64,000 nt of DNA from an uncultured delta proteobacterium (lineage in GTDB: Bacteria > Desulfobacterota > WTBG01 > CAIYCZ01). Shown here one piece after another: positions 20,687 through 30,435 of this stretch; positions within the stretch are counted from its first letter, which is position 1; each line of letters starts with the position of its first letter. The stretch spans positions 57,642 through 121,641 of the forward strand of contig CAWDOY010000048.1 of assembly GCA_963803975.1 (NCBI GenBank), written 5' to 3'. The position numbers were made by a program, and so were the translations under genes. The notes under the pieces were generated by a model. The model was given only the letters and a program-made list of their open reading frames with translations. It was not told where the DNA came from and did not search any database.

Positions 20687-21172
20687 TTATTTGACGAGCG
20701 GTATGTTTGCCGCAAGCTCGAATTTCAGCACGGCACTTATCTTGTTTTCAAGCTGCAAATAGCGTGCGGTTTTTATATTGCCCAGCACCTTGCTGAATTT
20801 GGGCACATAAGACTGGAGAAGCTTTACCCGCGCGGTTTCAAGCGCCAGGTAGTCTTTGGTCAGGGCCTGGGCTTTCTGGTCGGTCATGGTTTCATAATTT
20901 GCCGCATAGTCTTCAATCAGCTTAAGAAGCTTTCCATTGTGGCTGGTGAGGTCCTTCTGAAAGCTCTCATACACCGGCCAGAACCCCTTGGCTTCCTTTT
21001 CCGTGAGTTCCATGTTTTCGGCGACAAACAGCTTCTTGTCGGCCTTGATTTTATCTTTGACCAGCTGCATGTTGTCGGCAGGTTTGTCCTCCGCCAGCAC
21101 CGGCACGGTTACCCCGGCCAGGAAAATTCCGATGGTAAGAGCGAGAATAATAACATTGACTTTTGCCTTCAT
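20687..21172 (-). CDS. exported helical hypothetical protein
   Basis: Signal peptide; MELTEKEAKGFWPVY and ARYLQLENKI motifs. Confidence 0.75.
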   Translation of the reverse strand: MKAKVNVIILALTIGIFLAGVTVPVLAEDKPADNMQLVKDKIKADKKLFVAENMELTEKEAKGFWPVYESFQKDLTSHNGKLLKLIEDYAANYETMTDQKAQALTKDYLALETARVKLLQSYVPKFSKVLGNIKTARYLQLENKISAVLKFELAANIPLVK

Positions 21173-21412
21173 GTGACCTCCATTTAAAAAGTGATTGTTT
21201 AGAACAGCATACCCTTGTTACTACTATAATCTGCAGATATCAAATAAAGCTGCAGAATACAGTAGACTCATATACCTCTACATAGCAAATAAAAAGAATT
21301 ATTTAAAGAAATTAATTGTATATAACTTTAGTCGCTCCTTGTGCACTTTACTGCAATGGTGATATACTTTAAATATAACAAAAGAGAGTTATCTGAATGA
21401 TTATATAGGAGC

Positions 21413-21511
21413 ATCTCCGAGCCTTGCAGCCTAAAAGGGTATCAGCTTCTCAGGGCAAAAGGCCACTGGGTTGTGCTGGAAACAGCAGAGCCTCCCGTGC
21501 GGAAAGGAGAT
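21413..21511 (+). ncRNA. Moco/Tuco (molybdenum/tungsten cofactor) riboswitch-like RNA motif
   Basis: P1 ATCTCC/GGAGAT; GAAA tetraloop stem TGCTG-GAAA-CAGCA; GCCTCCCGT...GAAAGGAG 3' signature; lies upstream of an AOR gene. Confidence 0.8.
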
Positions 21512-21549
21512 CGGATGAAATCTAACAGGACAAAGGTAAGGGAGGAATT

Positions 21550-23277
21550 ATGACAGAAAAAATCTATCGGGTAAACATGACGACACTCACGGCTGCGATT
21601 GAAGACGTGCCGGAGAAATGGAAGGTGCTTGGCGGCAGGGGCTTGACTTCAATCATTGTAGCCCAGGAAGTGAAACCCACCTGCAATCCGCTGGGCAAGT
21701 ACAATAAGCTTATCTTTGCTCCCGGCTTGCTTACCGGGACCATGTGCGCGAACTCAGGAAGGCTCTCGGCCGGCGCTAAAAGCCCGCTGACCGGCACCAT
21801 CAAGGAGAGCAACGCCGGGGGGACTGCGGCACAGTGTTTTGCCGATCTGGGCGTAAAGGCTCTTATTATTGAAGGCCTGCCGGAGAAAGACACCTGGTAT
21901 AATCTCCATGTTGACAAGAACGGGGTCGCGATACAGGAAGAAACCGAATTAGTCGGCAAGAAGAATTATGAAGTAATGCAAACGCTTAGCAAAAAGCATG
22001 GAGAAAAAATAGGGATTTTATCCATCGGCCCGGCAGGCGAGATGCGCATGGCAGCTGCCAATATCTCAGTAAAGGACCCTGATGGAAATATTCGCAGCCA
22101 CGGCCGCGGCGGTTTGGGCGCAGTCATGGGTTCAAAAAAGATAAAATATATCACCATTGATCCTGCCGGAGGCCCCGGCGTCGAGATTATCGATCAGGAA
22201 AAATTCAAGAAGACTGCCCGTGCGTTTGCAAAGGCGCTCCTGGAAAATCCCGTCAGCGGGCAGTCACTCAAAATGTACGGCACTGATGTTCTGGTGAATA
22301 TCCTGAATGAATCGGGGGGGCTTCCGACCAGAAATTTTCGCGAGGGCCAGTTTGCCGGAGCTGAGAAAATAAGCGGCGAGACCCTGCGCGAAACTATTAT
22401 AAAGCGCAACGGGAAACCGCATCACGCCTGTCATGCCGGGTGCGTCATTCAATGCTCGCAGGTATACAATGATAAGGATGGCAATTATGTGACCTCAGGT
22501 TTTGAGTATGAAACGATCTGGGGCTTTGGCGCCAACTGCTGTATAGACGATCTGGACATTATTGCCGAAGCAGACCACATGCTGGACGATATCGGGATTG
22601 ACTCGATTGAAACCGCGGTAGCCATGGGGGTTGCCATGGAAGCCGGGATTATTCCGTTTGGCGACGGTCCCGGCGCGCTCAAGCTGTTGAAGGAAATAGG
22701 TGAGGGCACGCCGCTGGGAAGGATTCTCGGCTCAGGGGCCGGAGCAGTCGGCAAGGCCTATGGTGTTACCAGGGTGCCGGTTGTTAAAAATCAGGGGCTT
22801 TCAGCCTATGACCCGAGGCCGGTAAAAGGTATGGGTATTACCTATGCGACGTCGACGATGGGCAGTGACCATACTGCAGGGTACTGTGTCCCGACCAATA
22901 TCCTGAGAATCGGCGGTTTTGTCGATCCCCTGAAGAAGGAAGGGGAGGTAGATCTGTCAAGAAAATTGCAGATAGGCACTGCATTGATCGACAGCACCGG
23001 TCTTTGTATTTTCGTTATATTCGCGATGCTGGATAAACCGGAAGTATTTTCCCTGGTGTTTGACATGATCAATGCCAAGTATGGTCTTGACATGACCGTA
23101 GATGACGGGCGTACCCTGGGCAGAAAAATACTGCGCACCGAGCATGAATTTAACCTGGCAGCCGGGTTCAGCAATAGAAATGACCGCCTCCCGGAATTTT
23201 TCGAGGAGCCGATACCGCCGCACAATGCGGTGTGGGATTTTACCACTGAAGAGATTGATTCATTCTGGGGTGTATAA
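21550..23277 (+). CDS. aor: aldehyde:ferredoxin oxidoreductase family protein (paralog 1)
   Basis: LGGRGL, KSPLTG, GRGGLGAVMGSK, FEYET, DDIGID, DSTGLC motifs. Confidence 0.93.
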   Translation: MTEKIYRVNMTTLTAAIEDVPEKWKVLGGRGLTSIIVAQEVKPTCNPLGKYNKLIFAPGLLTGTMCANSGRLSAGAKSPLTGTIKESNAGGTAAQCFADLGVKALIIEGLPEKDTWYNLHVDKNGVAIQEETELVGKKNYEVMQTLSKKHGEKIGILSIGPAGEMRMAAANISVKDPDGNIRSHGRGGLGAVMGSKKIKYITIDPAGGPGVEIIDQEKFKKTARAFAKALLENPVSGQSLKMYGTDVLVNILNESGGLPTRNFREGQFAGAEKISGETLRETIIKRNGKPHHACHAGCVIQCSQVYNDKDGNYVTSGFEYETIWGFGANCCIDDLDIIAEADHMLDDIGIDSIETAVAMGVAMEAGIIPFGDGPGALKLLKEIGEGTPLGRILGSGAGAVGKAYGVTRVPVVKNQGLSAYDPRPVKGMGITYATSTMGSDHTAGYCVPTNILRIGGFVDPLKKEGEVDLSRKLQIGTALIDSTGLCIFVIFAMLDKPEVFSLVFDMINAKYGLDMTVDDGRTLGRKILRTEHEFNLAAGFSNRNDRLPEFFEEPIPPHNAVWDFTTEEIDSFWGV

Positions 23278-23317
23278 GCTCTAACCAAAGATATTTGTAA
23301 TTTTGCAATCGCATGAG

Positions 23318-23396
23318 CGACCCCCTCTGACTCCCCCTTGGAATAAAGGGGGAGAACTATTCCCCTCCTTAATAAGGAGGGGTTAGGGGAGGTCGG
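23318..23396. repeat. GC-rich nested palindromic repeat (CCCCTC...GAGGGG REP-like class)
   Basis: ctcccccttg..aagggggag and cccctcctt..aaggagggg hairpins closed by gacc/ggtc. Confidence 0.6.
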
Positions 23397-23445
23397 ATGT
23401 AAAGCCAGTGTGATCTGAGAGTAAAATTCTCAGATTTGAATGAAT

Positions 23446-23480
23446 GTGAAGCTCCCCGCCCGCGGGGCGGGGCTTTCACG
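23446..23480. repeat. hairpin resembling an IS200/IS605 subterminal palindrome
   Basis: gtgaagctccccgcccgcggggcggggctttcac. Confidence 0.45.
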
Positions 23481-23499
23481 GCAGGATACCGGTAAACTC

Positions 23500-23545
23500 A
23501 AAAAAATAAAATAACCCCGCATAATTTTAGCGGGGTTATTTTTTT
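23500..23545. terminator. bidirectional terminator
   Basis: aaaataaccccgc-loop-gcggggttattttttt between convergent AOR genes. Confidence 0.8.
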
Positions 23546-23573
23546 AGTCAATCTATTTTTCAGAAATTGCCGG

Positions 23574-25430
23574 TTACAAACCCTTAGCAATGCTCTCCAG
23601 ACCTAATTCTTTGATCCTTGCTGAAGAAGGTTTGCCGGTTACCGTATCCCATCCCAACTTGCCAAGGTAGTCGCTTATGAGCGTTTTGGCGTCAATGGTT
23701 ATATTGCAAGCGGGCCGGCCTGAAGCGGCGGGCTTCCGATCATTCTCCCGGGAATTTTCCAGTCAGACAGTTTCACTCCCTCACGGATATTAAACAGCAT
23801 CCGCATGGTGCCGATTCTCTCTCCAATGGTTTGAAGCTGCTCCAGGGAACAGGGCTGACCGGTCGTGTATTCCAGAAACGGGGGTATCATGTCCGCGCCA
23901 TACACCATAAAGGCAAAGTAGCACATGCCTGAAGCATTGATGACATGGGAGAGGTTACTCATATACCGGTGCAGATCGCTTTTCCCGGTGTACTGGTATT
24001 TTTCAACCATCTCGAAGGGAATGCCGGGGATGAAAAATCCGCTCTCAAGAAATGCCGAGCCGCCCTGCATGTGACGCGCGGGGGTGGCGTCAGCGCAGTA
24101 GCTCGTGGCGTAGCCGGGTGTGCAGCGGGGGTCATGCATGGGAATTTCCTGCCCGCCCACATGCATGGCGAATTGTTCCGATCCTTTACCGATCTTCTGC
24201 GCAGCCACGCGGGTTCCATCAGCAAGAATTTCTCCAAAGCCTTCTCTGCGGGCTATTTTTTCGCTCAGCGCGACTATGGCCTGATGGTTTCCCCAGGTAA
24301 GCTCCAGGCCGTCGGCATCGTTCTTTGAGAGGATGCCCTGCTCGTAACATTCAATAGCAAAGGCGATCGTTGCCCCGAGGGAGATGGTGTCAATCCCGGC
24401 GCGGTCACAGATATCATTTATCTTTATGATGGATTCCAGGTTGTCATTGAGACACAGGCAGCCCAGCGCGCCCAGGGTTTCATATTCCGGCTTGTGGGTT
24501 GTGCAGGCATACGGCCCGCTCGCGACGGTCATTTCTCCGCCGCAGGCAATGGGACATCCCCAGCACGCATATTTTTTCTGCTGAAAGGCAAGCAGACTCT
24601 GATCGCTGATGGCGGCCGCGTTGGGAAAATCTATCGCGCCTACTCCTTTCCAGTTTTTAACGGGCGATTCGCCATTGGCGGCAAACATGGCAGTGACTCC
24701 GCAGGTGCCCAGATTGGAGAAGAGCTGAAACGTCGGGCTCTGCTGACCTGCAGCAATAAGTGTTTTGCGCAGGTTCTGGGCCATCTCTTCATTTGCCAGC
24801 GGGATTTTGCCGGTACCTTTAACGACGATAGCTTTCAGCTTTTTTGAGCCCATGAGCGCCCCTAAGCCGGAGCGCGCAGCCGCACGCCACTTGTCATTAA
24901 TAATACTGGCTATGAGGGAACGTTTTTCACCGGCCGGACCAATCGAGGCAACGCGGATATCAGCGCCATGTTCTTTTTTCAGCCGGTCTTCCAGTTCATT
25001 GGTATCTAAACCGACATACGGGGCAGCATCTCGCAGCTCAAGTTTTCCGTCCTCTATGAAGAGATTAACCCACGCATTGCTCGCACCTTTAAAAAAGATG
25101 GCGTCAAAACCTGCCCGCTTCAATGCAGGGCCGAAAAATCCTCCTGAATTAGCATCTCCCCAGGCCCCGGTGAGCGGGGATTTACCCATCACGGTATAAC
25201 GCGATGAACTTACTGCCGGCGTCCCGGTCAGCGGGCCCGGTTGCAAACCCCAGTATGTTTTCCGGGTCAAGCGGCTTTACCCCGGGCTTTTGCGCATCGC
25301 AAATCAGTTTTAAACCTATCCCATACCCGCCGAGATACTGTTCATAGAGAGCATTTCCCGGTTCAATGACCTCAATCCTGCCGTTTGAGAGATCTATCCA
25401 TGCTATTTTTCCAATAGTGCCGCCTCGCAT
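23574..25430 (-). CDS. aor: aldehyde:ferredoxin oxidoreductase family protein (paralog 2), frameshifts near 25240 and 23700
   Basis: MRGGTIGKIAWIDLS start after AGGAGG; RAAARSGLGALMGSK, PEYET, DRAGID; ends GLESIAKGL*. Confidence 0.9.
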
Positions 25431-25732
25431 TGTTAATCTCCTCCTTTTAACCAACCATGGTTTTTGTTATAAACAGTTTTATTATGAATACCAGCAATAA
25501 CTACACGAACTATAAAACGTTACCTTATAAAATACAATCGGAAAAACAATAAGGGAGCCTGTGAAAAACCACTTTTATTAACAACCTGACCGTGCGCGCA
25601 TGGCTCTATAAGGGACTGCTGGACGGGGAGGGGAATTAATGATAAATATAACAGAAATAAATTACGCAGCGCTGTGGCCGGGATATACGGTGCATAGCTG
25701 AAAGAATAAAAAATCTGCAGTTATTGATTACT

Positions 25733-26986
25733 ATGAAAACAAAAAAATCCTTACAGGGTGAAGTTGACGAAGCCGGGCGATTAATTCTTCCGGAAGAAGT
25801 GATTTTCCGCTACGGCTTACAGCCTGGCGCGAAGGTAAGCATCAGCGAGGAGGGGAGCGGAATTCACGTTCATCAGCCGGTTACGCATTTGCGCAAAGTG
25901 TATATCGAGCCTACCACGCAGTGTAATCTTAACTGCCGTATGTGCATTCGCAACACCTGGGAAGAGCCCTTGGGACAGATGACCGAAGCAACGTTTGACT
26001 GCATTCTAAAAAGTCTGCGAGCTTTCTCACCCCCGCCAACGGTCATATTTGGCGGCTTCGGTGAACCGCTGTCACACCCGCGTATTGCTGAAATGGTAGC
26101 AGCAGTGAAAGAGCTCAACGCGCCGGTTGAATTGATTACCAACGCAACCGTGCTTACAAAGGACCTCTCGCGGCATCTTATAGAAGCAGGGCTTGATGTG
26201 CTGTGGGTTTCACTCGACGCGGCAACAACAGAGGTTTACGGAGATGTTCGCCTCGGGGCCATACTGCCTCAGGTCATATCAAATGTGGCATGTTTTCGCG
26301 ATATGCAGCGGTCAACCAATCCAGCGCCCCTGCACTTAGGGATTGTTTTTGTGGCTATGAAGCGCAATATAGCTGATTTGCCAGCAGTGATGCGGCTGGG
26401 CAGGCAACTGGGCGCGGACCGCTTTATGCTTACTAATATCCTGCCATACTCGCAGGAGCTGACAGAGGAGGTATTATATGCCCGCAGCCTGAGTGAGCCG
26501 CCAACGCCGCCTTCTGCGATGGTACCGCATTTAAATTTATCCAGAATCGACATAAACGAGGAGACGCGCACGGCACTCTCTAAAATTCTGAGCAGCACGC
26601 GCGATGTACATTCTAACCAGAGCAGCGGCGCGGATATGAGCAACTCGTGTCCGTTTATTGAGAGCGGGTCAACTGCAGTGTGCTGGGATGGCAGCGTAAG
26701 CCCCTGTCTTCCTCTGCTGCACAGTCACACCGCCTTCATTCATGAGCGCAAGCGTTTTTCGCGACGTCATGTCATCGGCAATGTTAGTGAACATGATTTG
26801 CAGGAATTATGGAATACGCCGGAGTATATCGCGCTGCGCAAACGGGTCCAGGCATTTGATTTTTCGCCCTGTGTTTTTTGCGGCGGCTGTAATTTTTCAC
26901 AAACCAATGAAGAGGACTGCATCGGAAATCTCTTTCCGACCTGCGGCGGCTGCCTCTGGGCGCAGGGCGTTATTCAATGTCCCTGA
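25733..26986 (+). CDS. radical SAM/SPASM protein resembling tungsten-cofactor oxidoreductase maturases; N-terminal AbrB-like segment
   Basis: CNLNCRMC, GGFGEP, Cys-rich C-terminus (CPF...PC...CVFCGGC...C...CGGCLWA); divergent from AOR. Confidence 0.85.
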   Translation: MKTKKSLQGEVDEAGRLILPEEVIFRYGLQPGAKVSISEEGSGIHVHQPVTHLRKVYIEPTTQCNLNCRMCIRNTWEEPLGQMTEATFDCILKSLRAFSPPPTVIFGGFGEPLSHPRIAEMVAAVKELNAPVELITNATVLTKDLSRHLIEAGLDVLWVSLDAATTEVYGDVRLGAILPQVISNVACFRDMQRSTNPAPLHLGIVFVAMKRNIADLPAVMRLGRQLGADRFMLTNILPYSQELTEEVLYARSLSEPPTPPSAMVPHLNLSRIDINEETRTALSKILSSTRDVHSNQSSGADMSNSCPFIESGSTAVCWDGSVSPCLPLLHSHTAFIHERKRFSRRHVIGNVSEHDLQELWNTPEYIALRKRVQAFDFSPCVFCGGCNFSQTNEEDCIGNLFPTCGGCLWAQGVIQCP

Positions 26987-27083
26987 ACTCTTTCAAAAAA
27001 ACCGGCACGATGTGCCTGAGATTTATTACGGTTTAAAAAACCTTTGACGCTTTTATTATCTGACACAATGAAAGGGGGCCAGC

Positions 27084-27683
27084 ATGAGCAGCAGCAATGT
27101 TTTTTTGGCATACCTGAAAAAAATCTACGCAGACTATAAAAAATTCGAGCAGTTCCACAAGGTTCAGAGCAGAAATCCGACGGTGACCTTTGAGGAGGAC
27201 GTGCAGATACTGAACCGCAAAGCATTGGTGCTTGGCAAGCGGGTCTATATCAGCAAGGGTGTCGTGCTGCACTGCGGCGGCGGCTACTGGAGCAATTTCG
27301 GCGGGAAAATAACCATCGGCGATCATGCGTATATAGGCTCATACGCTCTTTTGCAGGGCGCCGGGGAGATCGAGATTGGAAAGAACTGCCAGATAGGCCC
27401 CAACTGCATGATTTTCTCGCTCGGGCCATCCATAAAGAAAATATTACTCGACAGAAGCGTGCTGGACCAGGACATGATGCCCCATGATTTTAAAAAGGTG
27501 ACCATCGAGGAAAACGCCATCGTCGGCGCAGGCACTGTCATCTTGCCGGGGGTTACCATCGGCCATGGCTCGCTCATCTGGCCGGGAAGCTTTATCCATA
27601 AGGATGTCGCGCCGGAAACCTATATCGTCACCAAGCAGAGCTCAAAGAATTTTAAGGCCCGCGCCGGCCTGTTTCGCGGATAG
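27084..27683 (+). CDS. hexapeptide-repeat acyltransferase
   Basis: ITIGDHAYIG, IEIGKNCQIG, VILPGVTIG left-handed beta-helix repeats. Confidence 0.85.
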   Translation: MSSSNVFLAYLKKIYADYKKFEQFHKVQSRNPTVTFEEDVQILNRKALVLGKRVYISKGVVLHCGGGYWSNFGGKITIGDHAYIGSYALLQGAGEIEIGKNCQIGPNCMIFSLGPSIKKILLDRSVLDQDMMPHDFKKVTIEENAIVGAGTVILPGVTIGHGSLIWPGSFIHKDVAPETYIVTKQSSKNFKARAGLFRG

Positions 27684-27787
27684 CATGTTTTCATGGATCA
27701 TATGAAAAACTCTCAGGACAGACGTGCCGCCCATGTCGACAAGCAGCTGCTCGGGCGGCTCGGCCTTTCCCGCAGGCCATTTGTATA

Positions 27788-27892
27788 AAACTTGTGCATG
27801 CATGGATAGAAATTCACCAGGATGAGCTAATGGCAGACTGGAGGCTGGCAATTCAAGGCGAGCCTATATTCAAGATTGATCCTTTAAAATAG
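27788..27892 (+). pseudogene. C-terminal fragment of a DUF4160 protein (putative toxin)
   Basis: KLVHAWIEIHQDELMADWRLAIQGEPIFKIDPLK* directly upstream of DUF2442; no recognisable N-terminal half. Confidence 0.7.
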
Positions 27893-27905
27893 GGAGCACA
27901 TACCT

Positions 27906-28193
27906 ATGAATCCAAGAATCAAAGGCGTAAAGCCAATGGACGATTATAAGCTTCGGCTTACATTTACCAATGGGCAGGTTAGAATTTTTGATGTGAAACC
28001 TTATTTATCTCAAGGGGTATTCAGGGAATTGAGGAATATTGTAATTTTTCAGTCAGTCAAACCAGTGCTTGGGAGTATTCAGTGGCAGAATGGGCAGGAT
28101 TTTTGTCCTGACACGTTGTATCTTGAAAGCAAGCGTTTGAGAAAGCTTCAGCAGAGAACAGTAAAAGGAAGACAACGGGGTCTGCATGCTTAG
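27906..28193 (+). CDS. DUF2442 domain protein (putative antitoxin)
   Basis: DYKLRLTFTNG...FDVKPYL...IQWQNGQDFCPDTLY. Confidence 0.85.
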   Translation: MNPRIKGVKPMDDYKLRLTFTNGQVRIFDVKPYLSQGVFRELRNIVIFQSVKPVLGSIQWQNGQDFCPDTLYLESKRLRKLQQRTVKGRQRGLHA

Positions 28194-28260
28194 CATATTA
28201 ATCTGTGGGGGTTAAAGGGCACTGTTGTCTCCTTTAACCCCGTATCTGCGAATCGAAGCA

Positions 28261-30003
28261 CTAAGGAGCAGAAGGTCCCTGCTGCTCGTTCAAAACACTA
28301 TGCTGCGAATCAGCCATTACTTTCTCAATTGTCGGAATTATTGATTCCAAAGAATTCCGTGCCAGATGCTTCAGCGCAGGATTTGCTTCGAGAAGCTTTG
28401 TGAGTTCCTCTCCCTGAGAGTAGTAAAGATGTATAAGCTGCCGTCCTTCTTCACTTCGCACTAAAAACTCGTCACGATACTTTCTCAGCACATTCAATCG
28501 CGGATCATCTTCACCCAGCAGTACGCTTGCAATACAGAGCCTTCCTTCCTTTAACGTCACTTTCTGTGCCGTAGAATTAGTGAGCCCACCGCTATCTCTT
28601 ATTTCCACACGTATCTCATAGGTGGTGATTGTTGCATAGGTATGGGTAGCAGTCTTTGCGGTGCTGAATTCAGTATCCCACGGGCCGTCACCTTCCCAGT
28701 CCCAGCGTACCTCAAGCACCCCGGCAGGATCCTGATTATCATAGCTTTCCGAAGCATCTACCGTAATTGTATTGCTGTTGTTACGGGTACCGGGGGTGAC
28801 GGTAAATTGTGCAATCGGGCTGGTGTTTACTGAAACAGAAATGGTCTGTGAAGCAGTACTTACCAGCATACCTTTATCCATCACCTCCAGCGTAACAGTA
28901 TAGGTGCCCTCAGTGGTATACTGAAAACTTGCTGTTTTAGCAGCACTGTACTCTGTATCCCATTTGCCGTCACCTTCCCAGTCCCACCTGACCAGCAAGT
29001 CATTCTTACCGTCCTCTACATCGCTGCTTGCCGAGGCATCAAAGCTGAAGGTCTCTGTGGTATAACCTGATGGTTTATTTACTAAAAATGAAGCTGTGGG
29101 AGGTATGTTTTTGTAGAAAATGATTTTCCCGCTGGCTCCAACAACAAAAACATCATTAGAGGGGCTGACCCATACGCCCTGAAGCGGATATGCAGTGCCA
29201 CTTTCTGTTTCTGACCACGTGCTTCCGTCATAGCGAAAGAGATTTCCTTCGTCCCCCACTGCAAACATATAGTCGTTATACGTTCCATTGATTGCCCAAA
29301 AGTCCTTAATGGTACCAACCGGCATTTTTGACCAGCCTGCTCCATTATAATGAAGGATGGTGCCGTTTGCCCCAGCAGCAAAAACATCGTTGGAAGCAAC
29401 TCCCCAGACAGAATAGAGATGTTCCTTACTGCTGTTTTGCATCTTTGTCCAATTAATGCCGTCATAATGGAGGATTATTCCATTTGCGCCAACGGCAAAT
29501 ATATCAGTGGATGAAGCTCCCCATATGGCGTTGAGTGGTAAAATAGTAGAACTCACCATGGGTGAACAATCCCTGTCATCACACTGCAGAATGGTGCCAT
29601 TCTCTCCAACGACAAAGCTTTCTGAAGCAGAACTGCTCCAGACCCCGGTGAGATTTTGATTAGAGCTGCTCCCGGTTGATAACCAGCTCGTGCCTTTATA
29701 GCGCAGAAAAGTTCCTGTAATACCAGCCGATACGGCACTATTTGAAGCATTGCCAGAGACTGCCTCCAGATTTGCCGTGGTTGCAGTTTCCATTTTTGTC
29801 CAGGTGGCCCCATCATAATGAAGAATTGCTCCATTAGACCCAACGGCAAACACATCATTGATTGCAGAACCCCAGACACTTTTGAGGTTATTGGTGACCC
29901 CGCTTGGCATGGAAACCCATTCTGCAAAAGCATCAGGTGCTATGCAGGCACCAGCAAACAACATAAAAATAATAACAGGATATTTAAAACTTTCTTTTCC
30001 CAT
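28261..30003 (-). CDS. secreted beta-propeller plus two PKD domains plus CFI-box-CTERM-like tail
   Basis: Repeats L.xVWG...DVFAVG.NG.ILHYDG..W; two RWDWEGDG.WD PKD domains; CIAS...LRKYRD.FL...GRQLIHLYY tail. Confidence 0.85.
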   Translation of the reverse strand: MGKESFKYPVIIFMLFAGACIAPDAFAEWVSMPSGVTNNLKSVWGSAINDVFAVGSNGAILHYDGATWTKMETATTANLEAVSGNASNSAVSAGITGTFLRYKGTSWLSTGSSSNQNLTGVWSSSASESFVVGENGTILQCDDRDCSPMVSSTILPLNAIWGASSTDIFAVGANGIILHYDGINWTKMQNSSKEHLYSVWGVASNDVFAAGANGTILHYNGAGWSKMPVGTIKDFWAINGTYNDYMFAVGDEGNLFRYDGSTWSETESGTAYPLQGVWVSPSNDVFVVGASGKIIFYKNIPPTASFLVNKPSGYTTETFSFDASASSDVEDGKNDLLVRWDWEGDGKWDTEYSAAKTASFQYTTEGTYTVTLEVMDKGMLVSTASQTISVSVNTSPIAQFTVTPGTRNNSNTITVDASESYDNQDPAGVLEVRWDWEGDGPWDTEFSTAKTATHTYATITTYEIRVEIRDSGGLTNSTAQKVTLKEGRLCIASVLLGEDDPRLNVLRKYRDEFLVRSEEGRQLIHLYYSQGEELTKLLEANPALKHLARNSLESIIPTIEKVMADSQHSVLNEQQGPSAP

Positions 30004-30435
30004 TGCTACACTCCCTTATCAATATTAGTATTAACCACCGGTAACGAAGAACAGCTCTGCGTTCTGTGGTTTTGTAATTTTAAGCTTTCGTCGAGAATCG
30101 TATTAAAAAATAAGCACAATATATGCCATTGAACATCCCATTATAATTTCTATGGGGCGGAAAGAATATTTTGCTTTTTATTTGGAGTTACCGTATAGAT
30201 TGTTTTGCAAAAATTACATGAAATTAATGGTAGATATGTAGCTCAAGCTGTTTGTAATACCTGTGCAGGAGATTTTTTCCCAGGCGTATCATGCCTATTG
30301 CTTGCATTTTTATATTGGCCGGGGTTTGTAACCATGATCGCAACGAATTAATTTTCTTGCATAGGGAAAGATTTTATAATTTTAATAATTTAATCTCCAA
30401 TAAATAAACAGGGATAGTATTATAAAGAAAGGGCT

